DNA of 64,000 nucleotides from the NCBI GenBank assembly GCA_040901675.1, contig JBBDYJ010000031.1:153220-217219 (forward strand), written 5' to 3'. The notes under the pieces were generated by a model that saw only the letters and a program-made list of their open reading frames with translations, ran no database searches and was not told the origin of the DNA. The stretch comes from Pirellulales bacterium (GTDB lineage Bacteria; Planctomycetota; Planctomycetia; Pirellulales; JAICIG01). The stretch's first letter is position 1, and every line of letters starts with the position of its first letter. Positions 49,802 to 59,025 of this stretch are shown piece by piece. The position numbers and the translations under genes are program-made.

Positions 49802-50995
49802 ATGGGTTCTTGTCTCCGGCCGGAGTCATCGGCCGCACAACCAGTCGAGCGCGAGGACATCCCGCTGTCTTACGCAAGCTATCCACGTTGCCAGGCCGCC
49901 GCCCGCTGGGCGGCGGCCCTGCTGGCCACGCTCGTTGTGCTGGCGTCGCCGGCCCGCGCGCAGCGGGTGCAGTTCCCCTCGGCGATTGGCCAGGACGGGT
50001 CGGTCTATACCAGCCAGGCCCCGCCGGCGACCTTGGACGGGACGATCGCACCTTCGGCTCCCACTTGGGATCCTTACGCCGACCCGGCGACCCAGCCCCC
50101 GACGTTTTCGCCCTATGGCGGCGGGAACGTGTACGCTCAGCCGGGGCAGTTCGAGTACGGCGGCCAGCCGTGCGCCGACCCGTCTCTGCCGGCATCGACG
50201 CAGTTGTTCCAGGGCTATTACGTGGAGCACACCTGGCTGGCCGGAGACGACGGCACCGACCTGGACATCAACAGCACCGACCTCGGGGCGACTTTTGCTT
50301 TCCCCTTCCTCTACAACGCGGCGCCAATCCTGGTGACTCCCGGTTTCACCTTCCACTTTCTGGATGGCCCGGAGTCCGTCCCGTTCCCCGGCTTTCCGGG
50401 TTCGGCCGACCTGCCGCCGCAGTTGTACGACGCCTATCTCGACACGAGTTGGCGGCCGCAGATCACACCCTGGCTGGGGGCCGACCTGGGTGTGCGGATC
50501 GGCGTGTACAGCGATTTCCAGGAGGTCAACAGCGAGAGCGTGCGGCTGCTGGGACGCGGGCTGGCGATCTTCACGTTTTCGCCCCGCTGGCAGGCGGCTG
50601 CGGGCATCTGGTACCTGGACCGCATGCGCGTCAAGCTCTTGCCGGCCGGCGGCTTGATCTGGACGCCGAACACCGACACGCGGTTCGAGATGTTGTTTCC
50701 CAATCCGAAGCTGGCCCAGCGCTTGACCACCTGGGGCAACGCCGACATCTGGGGTTACGTGGCCGGCGAGTACGGCGGGGGCAACTGGACGATCGAGCGC
50801 GTGGGCGGCGCGCCCGACGAGATCGACTACAACGATCTCCGCCTGATTCTGGGCATCGAGGCGCTGCGTTACCAGGCGATGCGTGGCTACTTCGAGATCG
50901 GCTACGTCTTCGACCGCGAGATCATCTATCGCAGCGGCACCCCCACCGTCGAGCCCGACGACACCGTCATGCTCCGCTTCGGCCTGTCGTACTAG
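49802..50995 (+). CDS. Probable outer-membrane beta-barrel protein (start uncertain)
   Basis: Signal peptide; alternating beta-strand pattern; C-terminal MLRFGLSY. Confidence 0.7.
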   Translation: MGSCLRPESSAAQPVEREDIPLSYASYPRCQAAARWAAALLATLVVLASPARAQRVQFPSAIGQDGSVYTSQAPPATLDGTIAPSAPTWDPYADPATQPPTFSPYGGGNVYAQPGQFEYGGQPCADPSLPASTQLFQGYYVEHTWLAGDDGTDLDINSTDLGATFAFPFLYNAAPILVTPGFTFHFLDGPESVPFPGFPGSADLPPQLYDAYLDTSWRPQITPWLGADLGVRIGVYSDFQEVNSESVRLLGRGLAIFTFSPRWQAAAGIWYLDRMRVKLLPAGGLIWTPNTDTRFEMLFPNPKLAQRLTTWGNADIWGYVAGEYGGGNWTIERVGGAPDEIDYNDLRLILGIEALRYQAMRGYFEIGYVFDREIIYRSGTPTVEPDDTVMLRFGLSY

Positions 50996-51088
50996 CTAGC
51001 GACGGAACCTTTCCGAGCCCTGCCCATGACGGACAGGATGGGTAGCCGTGTGGAGCATGTCGGATTGGCGTGGCGGCGGGGGAAAATG

Positions 51089-51150
51089 CGATAACACCAT
51101 GGCGATCAGCGGCCGGCCGAAGGCCGGTCTGCTGCATCGGCTTGTTGGGC
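51089..51150 (-). mobile_element. Integron attC site
   Basis: Minus strand R'' GCCCAAC, L'' GATGCAGC, central GGCC-TTC-GGCC hairpin, L' GCTGATC, R' GTTATCG; extrahelical G in L''. Confidence 0.85.
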
Positions 51151-51315
51151 AGCCTTCTCTGCCAGTCGCTGCAGAAAAGGGTCCGAGTACTGATGCGCCG
51201 TCAGCCACTGGGCCAGTTCGTCGTAGCTCATTTCGGCTACTTCTGCGCTGAGCCTGTCCCGAATCTGGCGCATGCTCTGGACGCAATCGAAGGTCTTCGA
51301 AGAGGGTTTACTCAT
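51106..51315 (-). CDS. Small partner of the PIN protein (putative antitoxin)
   Basis: MSKPSSKTFDCVQSMRQIRDRLS; overlaps the PIN stop; ends inside attC. Confidence 0.75.
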   Translation of the reverse strand: MSKPSSKTFDCVQSMRQIRDRLSAEVAEMSYDELAQWLTAHQYSDPFLQRLAEKAAQQADAADRPSAGR

Positions 51316-51766
51316 CGCCTGGAACCTCCCGGGGAGTTCGAATCTCGAGAAGGGGATACCCTTTCTTGAGGTTGACGGCATTGTACGCGTGGATTCGCTT
51401 CAGGTTGACGATGTGCTTGAAGTTCCAACTGACGAGGACGTCTACTCGAGCCACGGTGGCCAGGGCGATGTGCAGGGCATCTGCGCGCATCCGTGCGCCG
51501 ATAGCGCCGTCGTCGATGTAGGCAACCGCGAGCTCCTCCGCCTCTGGGGACAGCGAAAGGATCTCGATGTACGCCTGCGGCACTCGCCCGACGACCATCC
51601 TGACTCCTTCGGGAGCGCTCTCGAGTTCGCGCAAAGTGAGCTCAGACAGCACGAGAGTCAGTTCGCCGCGTACGAATGCCTCAAGCAAACGACGAGAGGG
51701 GTCGCGGAACTGGTCATCTTCGCAGCCGCCCAGCACGGAGGTGTCCGTGTAGATCCGAAGCTTCAT
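51308..51766 (-). CDS. PIN-domain ribonuclease
   Basis: IYTDTSVLGG, SELTLREL, DALHIALA, LVSWNFKHIVN. Confidence 0.9.
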   Translation of the reverse strand: MKLRIYTDTSVLGGCEDDQFRDPSRRLLEAFVRGELTLVLSELTLRELESAPEGVRMVVGRVPQAYIEILSLSPEAEELAVAYIDDGAIGARMRADALHIALATVARVDVLVSWNFKHIVNLKRIHAYNAVNLKKGYPLLEIRTPREVPGDE

Positions 51767-51827
51767 GGTCCCATTCTACTCGCAGTCATGGTGACGCACA
51801 CGACCCTTTCTTCATCCGCCTTCATCT

Positions 51828-51885
51828 GCCGAACGCTCACTTGACCGGCCGCGGCGAGCGAATGCGATCCAGCGGTCCGGCTCGT
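51828..51885 (-). mobile_element. Truncated attC-like site (right arm) forming the 5' boundary of the cassette
   Basis: Minus strand ..CATTCGCTCGCCGCGGCCGGTCAAGTGAGC-GTTCGGCAG; GTTCGGCAG is complementary to the cassette's CTGCCCAAC with one mismatch. Confidence 0.65.
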
Positions 51886-52058
51886 CAGGGCGGTGCCTGT
51901 CGCAGCAGATCGGCCGGACTGCGGACGCCGCGCCCGCCGCGGTTCAAAACGTGCGTGTAGATCATGGTCGTGCGGACGTCCTTGTGGCCAAGCAACTCCT
52001 GGACCGTGCGGATATTGTAACCTGCAACAAGCAGGTGCGTGGCGAAGGAATGCCGAAA
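51885..52058 (-). pseudogene. 3' remnant of an integron integrase (IntI)
   Basis: [50 protein letters not shown], an IntI-typical C-terminus. Confidence 0.85.
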
Positions 52059-52292
52059 CGCAAGGGATTTCTGCGTCACCGTCGCGAAGGGATGAAATGC
52101 ATCTACCGCCCGACGCAGTCGCAGGAATCGGCCAGCCGCTTCGCGCTGTCGCACGTGATGAACACGTTCTTTCAGGGATCGGCAGCCGACACGGTGGCGG
52201 CGGTCTTTGATGTATCGTCGAGCGATCCAAGCGACGAAGAACTTGATCGGCTTGAACAAGTCATCGAGCGGACGCGAAAGGAGGGACGATAA
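52059..52292 (+). pseudogene. 3' remnant of a BlaI/MecI/CopY repressor
   Basis: [42 protein letters not shown]; no N-terminal HTH. Confidence 0.75.
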
Positions 52293-52595
52293 TGTCCTCT
52301 TTTCTGGGCATTCTAGCCGGCCATTGAGCCTCGCTGCCACCCGTCTTGCGACGCGCCTAACGGCCACTTACACTTGAACCGTGGTCCAGTCGGCCAACTG
52401 ATCCGGCGCAGGGCCGCCCTCGCCCTGATTTCCCCCTAGATGAAGGATCGGCCGAAAAATGGCTTCGTCACGCGGGATTGACGGCATCCGGCACGGTGGA
52501 AACAGTTTGCTCTAGCCAACCGATTGTCTCGCGGATGCCGGTCAATCCAAATTCAAAATCGAAAACCCGACAATCTAAACCCCCTGGTGGCTTCG

Positions 52596-55500
52596 ATGCT
52601 TCGATCGTTCTGGGCTCTCGGTCTGTCCGCACTGGCATTGCTGGCTGCGATTCCAGCGGTGAATGCCGACGAACCGGCCTATCCGGCGTCGCTGGTGGCG
52701 CCTACGGAGCCGCTCACGCCGGAGCAACAGCGGACAAAGTTTCGCCTGCCGCCGGGTTTCGAGATCCAGCTCGTGGCCAGCGAGCCGGATATCCATAAGC
52801 CGATGAACATGAACTTCGATGCCCAGGGCAGGCTGTACGTCACCAGCTCGCTGGAATACCCCTATCCGGCCGGGGAAGGCAGCCCGCACCGCGACGCTTT
52901 GCACGTCCTGGTCGACGAGAACGGAGATGGCCGGGCCGACCGGGTGACGCGACTTGTCGACGGCTTGAACATTCCCCTCGGCGTGACGCCCATCGATGGC
53001 GGCGTTTTGTACTACAGCATTCCCAATATCTATCGGACCCCGCCCGACGGCGGGCCGCACGAAAAGAGCGAACTGGCCTACAGCGAGTTCGGATATCGCG
53101 ACACGCATGGCATGGCCAACTCGTTCACGCGTTGGATCGACGGCTGGATCTATGCCTGCCACGGGTTTGCCAACGACTCGCAAGTGGCCGGCCAGGATGG
53201 GCACCAGGTGACCATGCACTCCGGCAACACGTTTCGCATGCGGGCCGACGGTTCGCGCGTCGAGCAGTACACGCATGGCCAGGTCAACCCGTTCGGCCTG
53301 GCCTTCGATCCGCTGGGCAACCTGTTTTCCGCCGACTGCCACACGCTGCCCATCTACCAGTTGCTGCGCGGGGCCTGGTATCCCAGCTTCGGCAAGCCGC
53401 ACGATGGGCTGGGGTTCGGCCCGACCATGATCGGACACGACCATGGTTCCACCGGCATCGGCGGCGTGGTCTATTACGCGGCCGATCATTTTCCGGCCGA
53501 GTACCGCGACACCGTCTTCATCGGCAACCCGGTGACCGGCAAAGTCAACCGCGACCGGCTTGAAGTCCACGGCTCGACGTTCAAGGCGATCGAGCAGCCC
53601 GACTTCATCGCTTGCGACGACCCCTGGTTCCGCCCCGTCGATCTCCAGTTGGGCCCGGACGGAGCGCTCTACGTGGCCGATTTCTATAACTGCATCATCG
53701 GCCACTACGAAGTGCCACTGACGCACCCCCGCCGCGACCGCCACCGCGGCCGCATCTGGCGCGTCGTCTATACCGGCGGCCAGACAAAGCCGGCCACCAC
53801 CATCCCCGACTTGACGCGGCTGCCGGCCGAGAAGCTCGTCGAGTTGCTCGGCACCGACAACCTCACACTGCGCGTGCTGGCCACGGAAGCGTTGGTTGGG
53901 CGGTCCGCCTCCGGCGGCAAGCTGCCGGACGGCCTGTTGCCCCATGGCGACGACAGCCAGCCAAGCGCCTGGCGGCGGGCTCACGGCATGTGGGTGGCCG
54001 AGCGGCTGAAGGGGCTCGACGACGCGGCCGTCGAGCGGCTGGCCGGCGACCCATCGGCCCTGGTGCGAGTACACCTGGTCAAGCTGCTGGCCGAGCGGCC
54101 CGATTGGAATGCCTCGGACCTCGACATCGCCCTCCTGGTGCGGTCCAAGCTGGCCGACCCCGATGCCTTTGTGCGCCGCGCGGCGGCCGACTCCCTGGGC
54201 CGCCATCCCGACCCGGCCAACCTGCCGCTGCTGCTCGATCTCTGGTCGTCGACGCCGGCCGAGGACACGCACCTGGTGCACGTGGCGCGGATGGCACTGC
54301 GCGACCAGTTGCTGGCACCGTCGATGTATGCCGCCGCCCAGGAGCTGATGGCGCAAGACGACTCGTACCGCGGCCGGCTGGCCGAGGTGAGCCTGGGCGT
54401 TCACACGCCGGCGGCCGCCGAGTTTCTGCTGGCCTGCCTGGCGGACGACCGGCTCGGCGGGGCGTCCCTTGGCTCTGCCGTATACGAGGCGGCCCGCTAC
54501 GCCGCGGAGAACAAGCTGGGCAACGTCTTCCAGGTGGCCGAAGGGCTCGATCTGCGGCCGAACGAACAGCGCGAGGTGCTGCTGGCGCTGCACCGCGCCG
54601 TGCAGAGCCGGGGGCGAGCACTGCCGGAAACGACTCTCGGCTGGGCGGGCCGGCTGGCGAAACAACTGCTGGCCGACGATCGGCCGGGCCGTGTGCAGGG
54701 CGGGATCGAGCTGGCCCGCGAGCTGCGGCTGGGACTGTACGACGAGCTTCATCAGATAGCGGCAGCCGGCTCCCGCTTCGCCAACTTGCGGTCTGCCGCC
54801 ATTGACGCCTGCATGGCCAACGAACCGGTGCGATCGGTCGGGCTATTGAGCGAGATCATCGGCGACGCCGGCGAGCCGATGGCGCTGCGGCAGAAGGCCA
54901 GCGCATCGCTGGCCGGCATCAACGACCCAGCGGCCCAGGGCGAGCTGACAAGGCACTTGCTGGCTGCGCCGGAGCGATTGGCGGTGGAAATCGCCGCGGG
55001 TCTTGCCTTGCGGCCCGAAGGGGCCCATACGCTGCTGGACCAGGTGCAGGCGGGCAAGGCGTCGCCGCGGCTGTTGCAGGAGCGCGTGGTCCAGGAGCGC
55101 TTGCGGGCCATCAACCGCCGCGAGTTGGACCAGCGGCTCAGCGAGTTGACGGCGAATCTGCCCCCTGCCGATGAACGGATCCGGCAGCTCATCCATCAGC
55201 GGAGGGAGGCTTTTGCCGCAGCCGAGACGAATGCGGACCAGGGGCGGGTGGTGTTCAAGAAGACGTGTGCGGCCTGTCATAGACTGAATGGCGAAGGGAC
55301 GAAGATCGGTCCGGACCTGGAGGGGATCGGACTTCGCGGCGCCGACCGTTTACTGGAAGACATGCTCGACCCGAGCCGCAACGTGGACCAGGCTTTCCGC
55401 AGCACGGTGCTGACCACCGTGAATGGCGACAGCATCTCGGGCCTGTTGTTGCAGGAAGAGGGGGAGGTGCTGGTGTTGGCCGATGCCGAGGGCAAGGAGG

Positions 55501-55643
55501 TGCGTGTCCCCGCGTCCGACATCGACGAGCGGAGCCTGACGCAGCTTTCGCCCATGCCCGGCAACGTGGCCGACCTCGTCAAGGACGAGGAGTTCTTTAA
55601 CCTGCTGGCGTATTTGCTCGAACAACGTCAGAAGGAGGAGTGA
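52596..55643 (+). CDS. PVC-type membrane-bound dehydrogenase-like protein (beta-propeller, HEAT repeats, c-type cytochrome)
   Basis: FRLPPGFEIQLVASEP, NPFGLAFD, WFRPVDLQLGPDGALYVADFY, CAACH, IGPDL, SPMP. Confidence 0.92.
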   Translation: MLRSFWALGLSALALLAAIPAVNADEPAYPASLVAPTEPLTPEQQRTKFRLPPGFEIQLVASEPDIHKPMNMNFDAQGRLYVTSSLEYPYPAGEGSPHRDALHVLVDENGDGRADRVTRLVDGLNIPLGVTPIDGGVLYYSIPNIYRTPPDGGPHEKSELAYSEFGYRDTHGMANSFTRWIDGWIYACHGFANDSQVAGQDGHQVTMHSGNTFRMRADGSRVEQYTHGQVNPFGLAFDPLGNLFSADCHTLPIYQLLRGAWYPSFGKPHDGLGFGPTMIGHDHGSTGIGGVVYYAADHFPAEYRDTVFIGNPVTGKVNRDRLEVHGSTFKAIEQPDFIACDDPWFRPVDLQLGPDGALYVADFYNCIIGHYEVPLTHPRRDRHRGRIWRVVYTGGQTKPATTIPDLTRLPAEKLVELLGTDNLTLRVLATEALVGRSASGGKLPDGLLPHGDDSQPSAWRRAHGMWVAERLKGLDDAAVERLAGDPSALVRVHLVKLLAERPDWNASDLDIALLVRSKLADPDAFVRRAAADSLGRHPDPANLPLLLDLWSSTPAEDTHLVHVARMALRDQLLAPSMYAAAQELMAQDDSYRGRLAEVSLGVHTPAAAEFLLACLADDRLGGASLGSAVYEAARYAAENKLGNVFQVAEGLDLRPNEQREVLLALHRAVQSRGRALPETTLGWAGRLAKQLLADDRPGRVQGGIELARELRLGLYDELHQIAAAGSRFANLRSAAIDACMANEPVRSVGLLSEIIGDAGEPMALRQKASASLAGINDPAAQGELTRHLLAAPERLAVEIAAGLALRPEGAHTLLDQVQAGKASPRLLQERVVQERLRAINRRELDQRLSELTANLPPADERIRQLIHQRREAFAAAETNADQGRVVFKKTCAACHRLNGEGTKIGPDLEGIGLRGADRLLEDMLDPSRNVDQAFRSTVLTTVNGDSISGLLLQEEGEVLVLADAEGKEVRVPASDIDERSLTQLSPMPGNVADLVKDEEFFNLLAYLLEQRQKEE

Positions 55644-55670
55644 GGACCGACAAATCAATTCCGAGGACTA

Positions 55671-55895
55671 ATGAAGGAGATTAAACCGATGAAGGCGCCG
55701 CCAGACACCGTCCTTGACGAATTGCACTCAATTCGTCGCCGATTGCTCCAGCAGCATGGCGGAATCGCTGGCTTAGCCGCCTTCCTGCGTCAGGAAGAAG
55801 CAAAATCCGGGGAGCAGATCGTGGAACCAACCTGCGATGCCGAGCCTGAAAAACCCATTCGCCGAAGCCGGAATCGGCGTGTTGTGGACGGTTAG
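55671..55895 (+). CDS. Small hypothetical protein
   Basis: RBS AAGGAG before the second Met; DTVLDELHSIRRRL resembles small PIN-partner proteins. Confidence 0.55.
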   Translation: MKEIKPMKAPPDTVLDELHSIRRRLLQQHGGIAGLAAFLRQEEAKSGEQIVEPTCDAEPEKPIRRSRNRRVVDG

Positions 55896-56057
55896 GGCTG
55901 TCCGATGATCACGAACCCAGAATCGTGGATTATCGCCCCACGCTCAACGCCATAATCCGCCCTCTTCACCGCCGGACCTCTTCGTCTCCTCGTCTCCTCG
56001 TCGCTTTGTCGTTCGCCTTGTCGCCATGTCCCCTTGTCGCCTTGTCGCTCGCCGCTC

Positions 56058-56930
56058 TCAGCGGCGAAGGGCCCGCTCGGTGGCGGCGCCCATGTCGGCG
56101 GGGCTTTCGGCCACCTCGATGCCGGCGGCCTGGAGGGCGGCGACTTTTTCGGCCGCGGTTCCCTTGCCGCCGGAGATGATCGCCCCGGCGTGGCCCATCC
56201 GCTTGCCCGGAGGCGCGGCGCGGCCGGCGATGAAGGCCGCCACCGGCTTGGTGACGCGCTGGCGGACAAAGGCCGCCGCCTCTTCCTCGGCGGTGCCGCC
56301 AATCTCGCCTATCATCAGGATGGCTTCGGTGGCCGGGTCGGCCTCGAAGCGCGCCAGCAGATCGACGAACGAAGTGCCCACGATCGGATCGCCGCCGATT
56401 CCCACGCACGTCGACTGGCCCAGCCCCAGGTTGGTCAACTGCCAGACGGCCTCATACGTCAGCGTGCCGGAGCGGCTGATGACTCCCACCGGACCCTTGC
56501 GGTGGATGTAGCCGGGCATGATGCCGATCTTGCACTCATCGGGAGTGATTACGCCCGGGCAGTTGGGGCCGACCAGCGTCGAGTTGCTTTGCCGCACGAG
56601 CGGGTAAATCCGCGTCATGTCCAGCACGGGGACGCCTTCGGTAATGGCGATCACCGTCTTGATCCCGGCGTCAACCGCCTCCAGGATGGCGTCGGCGGTG
56701 AATGCCGGCGGCACGAAGATCATCGTGGCGTCGGCGCCGGTCTTTGCGACCGCCTCGACCACCGTGTCGAACACCGGCAGCCCCAGCACGGCTTGGCCCC
56801 CTTTGCCCGGCGTCACGCCGCCGACCATCTTCGTGCCGTACTCCAGGCAGCCCTTGGTATGGAACTGCCCAACCCGGCCCGTGATCCCCTGGCAAATCAC
56901 CCGCGTGTTCTTATCGATCAGTATGCTCAT
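56058..56930 (-). CDS. sucD: Succinate-CoA ligase alpha subunit
   Basis: [31 protein letters not shown]. Confidence 0.97.
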   Translation of the reverse strand: MSILIDKNTRVICQGITGRVGQFHTKGCLEYGTKMVGGVTPGKGGQAVLGLPVFDTVVEAVAKTGADATMIFVPPAFTADAILEAVDAGIKTVIAITEGVPVLDMTRIYPLVRQSNSTLVGPNCPGVITPDECKIGIMPGYIHRKGPVGVISRSGTLTYEAVWQLTNLGLGQSTCVGIGGDPIVGTSFVDLLARFEADPATEAILMIGEIGGTAEEEAAAFVRQRVTKPVAAFIAGRAAPPGKRMGHAGAIISGGKGTAAEKVAALQAAGIEVAESPADMGAATERALRR

Positions 56931-56999
56931 GATGACTGTTCGAGGACCATCTCGCGTTGTTCTCGGTGTTCATCGCTATCCGCGGCGGATGTCAATCGC

Positions 57000-58184
57000 T
57001 CAAGCGGCAGCCGCCACGACTTTCCTGGCTGCGTCGGTCAGGTCTTCCGCGGAAATAATGTCCAGATCGCTCGTGGAGAGGATCTTGCGGCCCTCTTCGA
57101 CCTCGGTCCCTTCCAGCCGCACGACCAGCGGCACGTTGAACCCGACCGACTTGTAGGCCTCCAGGATGGCGGCTGCGATCGTGGTGCAACGCATGATGCC
57201 GCCAAAAATGTTCACCAGCACGGCCTTGACGTTCTTGTCGGAGAGCAGGATCTGGAAGGCCTCGGTGACCTGCTCGACGTTGGCCCCGCCGCCGACGTCG
57301 AGAAAATTGGCCGGCGAGCCGCCGTGCAGCTTGATCAGGTCCATGGTGCTCATCGCCAGGCCGGCGCCGTTGACCAGGCAGCCGATGTTGCCATCGAGCT
57401 TGACGTAGCTGAGACCGGCGTTGGCGGCCCGCACCTCGGCGGGGTCCTCCTCCGACAGGTCGCGCAGCTCGGCCAGCGCCTTGTGGCGGAACAGGGCGTT
57501 GTCGTCGAAGGTCATCTTGGCGTCGAGCGCCAGCAAGTCGCCGGCTCCCGTGACCACCAGCGGATTGACTTCCAGCAGGCTGCAATCGTTCTGGACGAAG
57601 ACGCGGCAGAGGCCCTTCATGAATTGTTCGGCCGAGGCGATGCTGGCGCCCCGCAGGTCGAGGCGGGCGGCCAGCTTGCGGGCCTGGTAGCCGGCCAGGC
57701 CGCGGTCGGGCTGAAACGATTCCTTGAAGATCAGCTCGGGGGTTTTGGCGGCCACGTCTTCGATGTTCATCCCGCCCTGCGCGGAGACCATCAGCACGGG
57801 TCCGGATGAGGCCCGGTCGACCACGATGCCCAGGTAGAGCTCGCGGGCGATGTCGCAGCCCTCTTCGACCAGCACGTGGCGGACGGTTTGCCCTTCGGGG
57901 CCGGTCTGGATGGTGACCAGCGGCTGGCCCAGCAGGTTGCCGGCGACTTGCGAGGCCTGCTCGGCGCTCTTGACCAGTTGCACGCCATGCTGGGCGGGGT
58001 TGGTCTTGATCGTGCCTTTTCCGCGGCCCCCCGCATGGATCTGCGCCTTGACGACGGCCAGCTTTCCGCCCAATTGCTTGAAGGCCTGGGCCGCCTCCTG
58101 GGGCGTGCTGGCGACGATGCCGCGCGGCACCGGGACGCCGGCTTCGCGGAGGACTTGCTTGGCCTGGAACTCGTGTATTTTCAT
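57000..58184 (-). CDS. sucC: Succinate-CoA ligase beta subunit
   Basis: [48 protein letters not shown]. Confidence 0.97.
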   Translation of the reverse strand: MKIHEFQAKQVLREAGVPVPRGIVASTPQEAAQAFKQLGGKLAVVKAQIHAGGRGKGTIKTNPAQHGVQLVKSAEQASQVAGNLLGQPLVTIQTGPEGQTVRHVLVEEGCDIARELYLGIVVDRASSGPVLMVSAQGGMNIEDVAAKTPELIFKESFQPDRGLAGYQARKLAARLDLRGASIASAEQFMKGLCRVFVQNDCSLLEVNPLVVTGAGDLLALDAKMTFDDNALFRHKALAELRDLSEEDPAEVRAANAGLSYVKLDGNIGCLVNGAGLAMSTMDLIKLHGGSPANFLDVGGGANVEQVTEAFQILLSDKNVKAVLVNIFGGIMRCTTIAAAILEAYKSVGFNVPLVVRLEGTEVEEGRKILSTSDLDIISAEDLTDAARKVVAAAA

Positions 58185-58352
58185 GCTCTGCTCCCCAAGC
58201 CGCGGCGGGCCGGTATTGCTCGCTATGCTCCAGCGGGCCTCACGCAGGCCGGGGATTATAGGTCCCGCGCGAAGCGATGGTCAAGCAGCGCCGAGTCCCT
58301 TGCGGCCTCAAGGCAATTGATACTTGTCACGAAAGTCGCCTATAGTTCGGAT

Positions 58353-58606
58353 ATGGGCGAGGAATCACGCAAGCACCGAGATCGGTATGACGTCTCGGGT
58401 AACGCCGAGGCCCAGTACGCCGACGAAAACGAGACGGTCCTCGTGAACAAGAAGGGACTGGGCGTCCGCTCCTCAGATACGATCAGAGCGATCAGGGGCG
58501 CGAGCGGTACATCCATGCCGCGAGCATGGCCTTCAGGAAGGACTATCGTCCGATGGTGGAGGTGATTCGGCAGGCTCTGGCCCCGCGCCGGCGGAAAGAG
58601 CTTTGA
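58353..58606 (+). pseudogene. Fic-family gene with the catalytic core deleted
   Basis: N-terminus RYDVSGNAEAQY..VLVNKKG joined out of frame (~58460) to a C-terminus TGRPLLRYD..RYIHAA..KDYRPMVEVIRQAL; no HPFxxGNGR. Confidence 0.6.
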
Positions 58607-58769
58607 GTTGCTCCAGGATCCGCAAGCGCGTCTCCGCTTGGAACGGCGGAAGCCCTTCGATGACGCTGTTTCGCTCGACCACATCCAGGATGCTCTCCCA
58701 GCGCTGGGCATCGTCCCGCAGCCACGGGCAGGCATCCTTCAGAACCGGGCCCTTTCCGAAGTCTTTCAT
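58533..58769 (-). CDS. Small hypothetical protein convergent with the Fic remnant (possible antitoxin)
   Basis: ILDVVERNSVIEGLP contains the SxxxEG pattern of Fic inhibitory motifs. Confidence 0.55.
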   Translation of the reverse strand: MKDFGKGPVLKDACPWLRDDAQRWESILDVVERNSVIEGLPPFQAETRLRILEQLKALSAGAGPEPAESPPPSDDSPS

Positions 58770-59025
58770 GACGTAATTATACCATGCCGGCGATTCAGAT
58801 GGGTGGTGATCCTCGTCTTGCTAGAGAGCCGGGCTCGCCTAGCCTGCCTGGCTGCTCTTGACCGCCAAACCGCATCTGCCCTACGTTGCTCCCCGCAAAA
58901 TAGGCCGGAGACCTGAGGCAGGAGGCCGGAAGAATCGACAAGGCGACAAGGGGACAGGGCGACAGGGCGATACGCGCGAGACGGCCAGAACTCTGGCGAG
59001 TCCTGCTACTGAGGCCGGAGGACAA

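Noticed and set aside
51885..52367. 160-aa ORF as an intact recombinase
   Set aside because: Only the last ~57 aa are integrase-like; the rest is the antisense of a BlaI remnant
55840..55900. Second attC after the small gene 55671-55895
   Set aside because: Only a vague resemblance to an attC left arm; no RYYYAAC and no pairing L boxes
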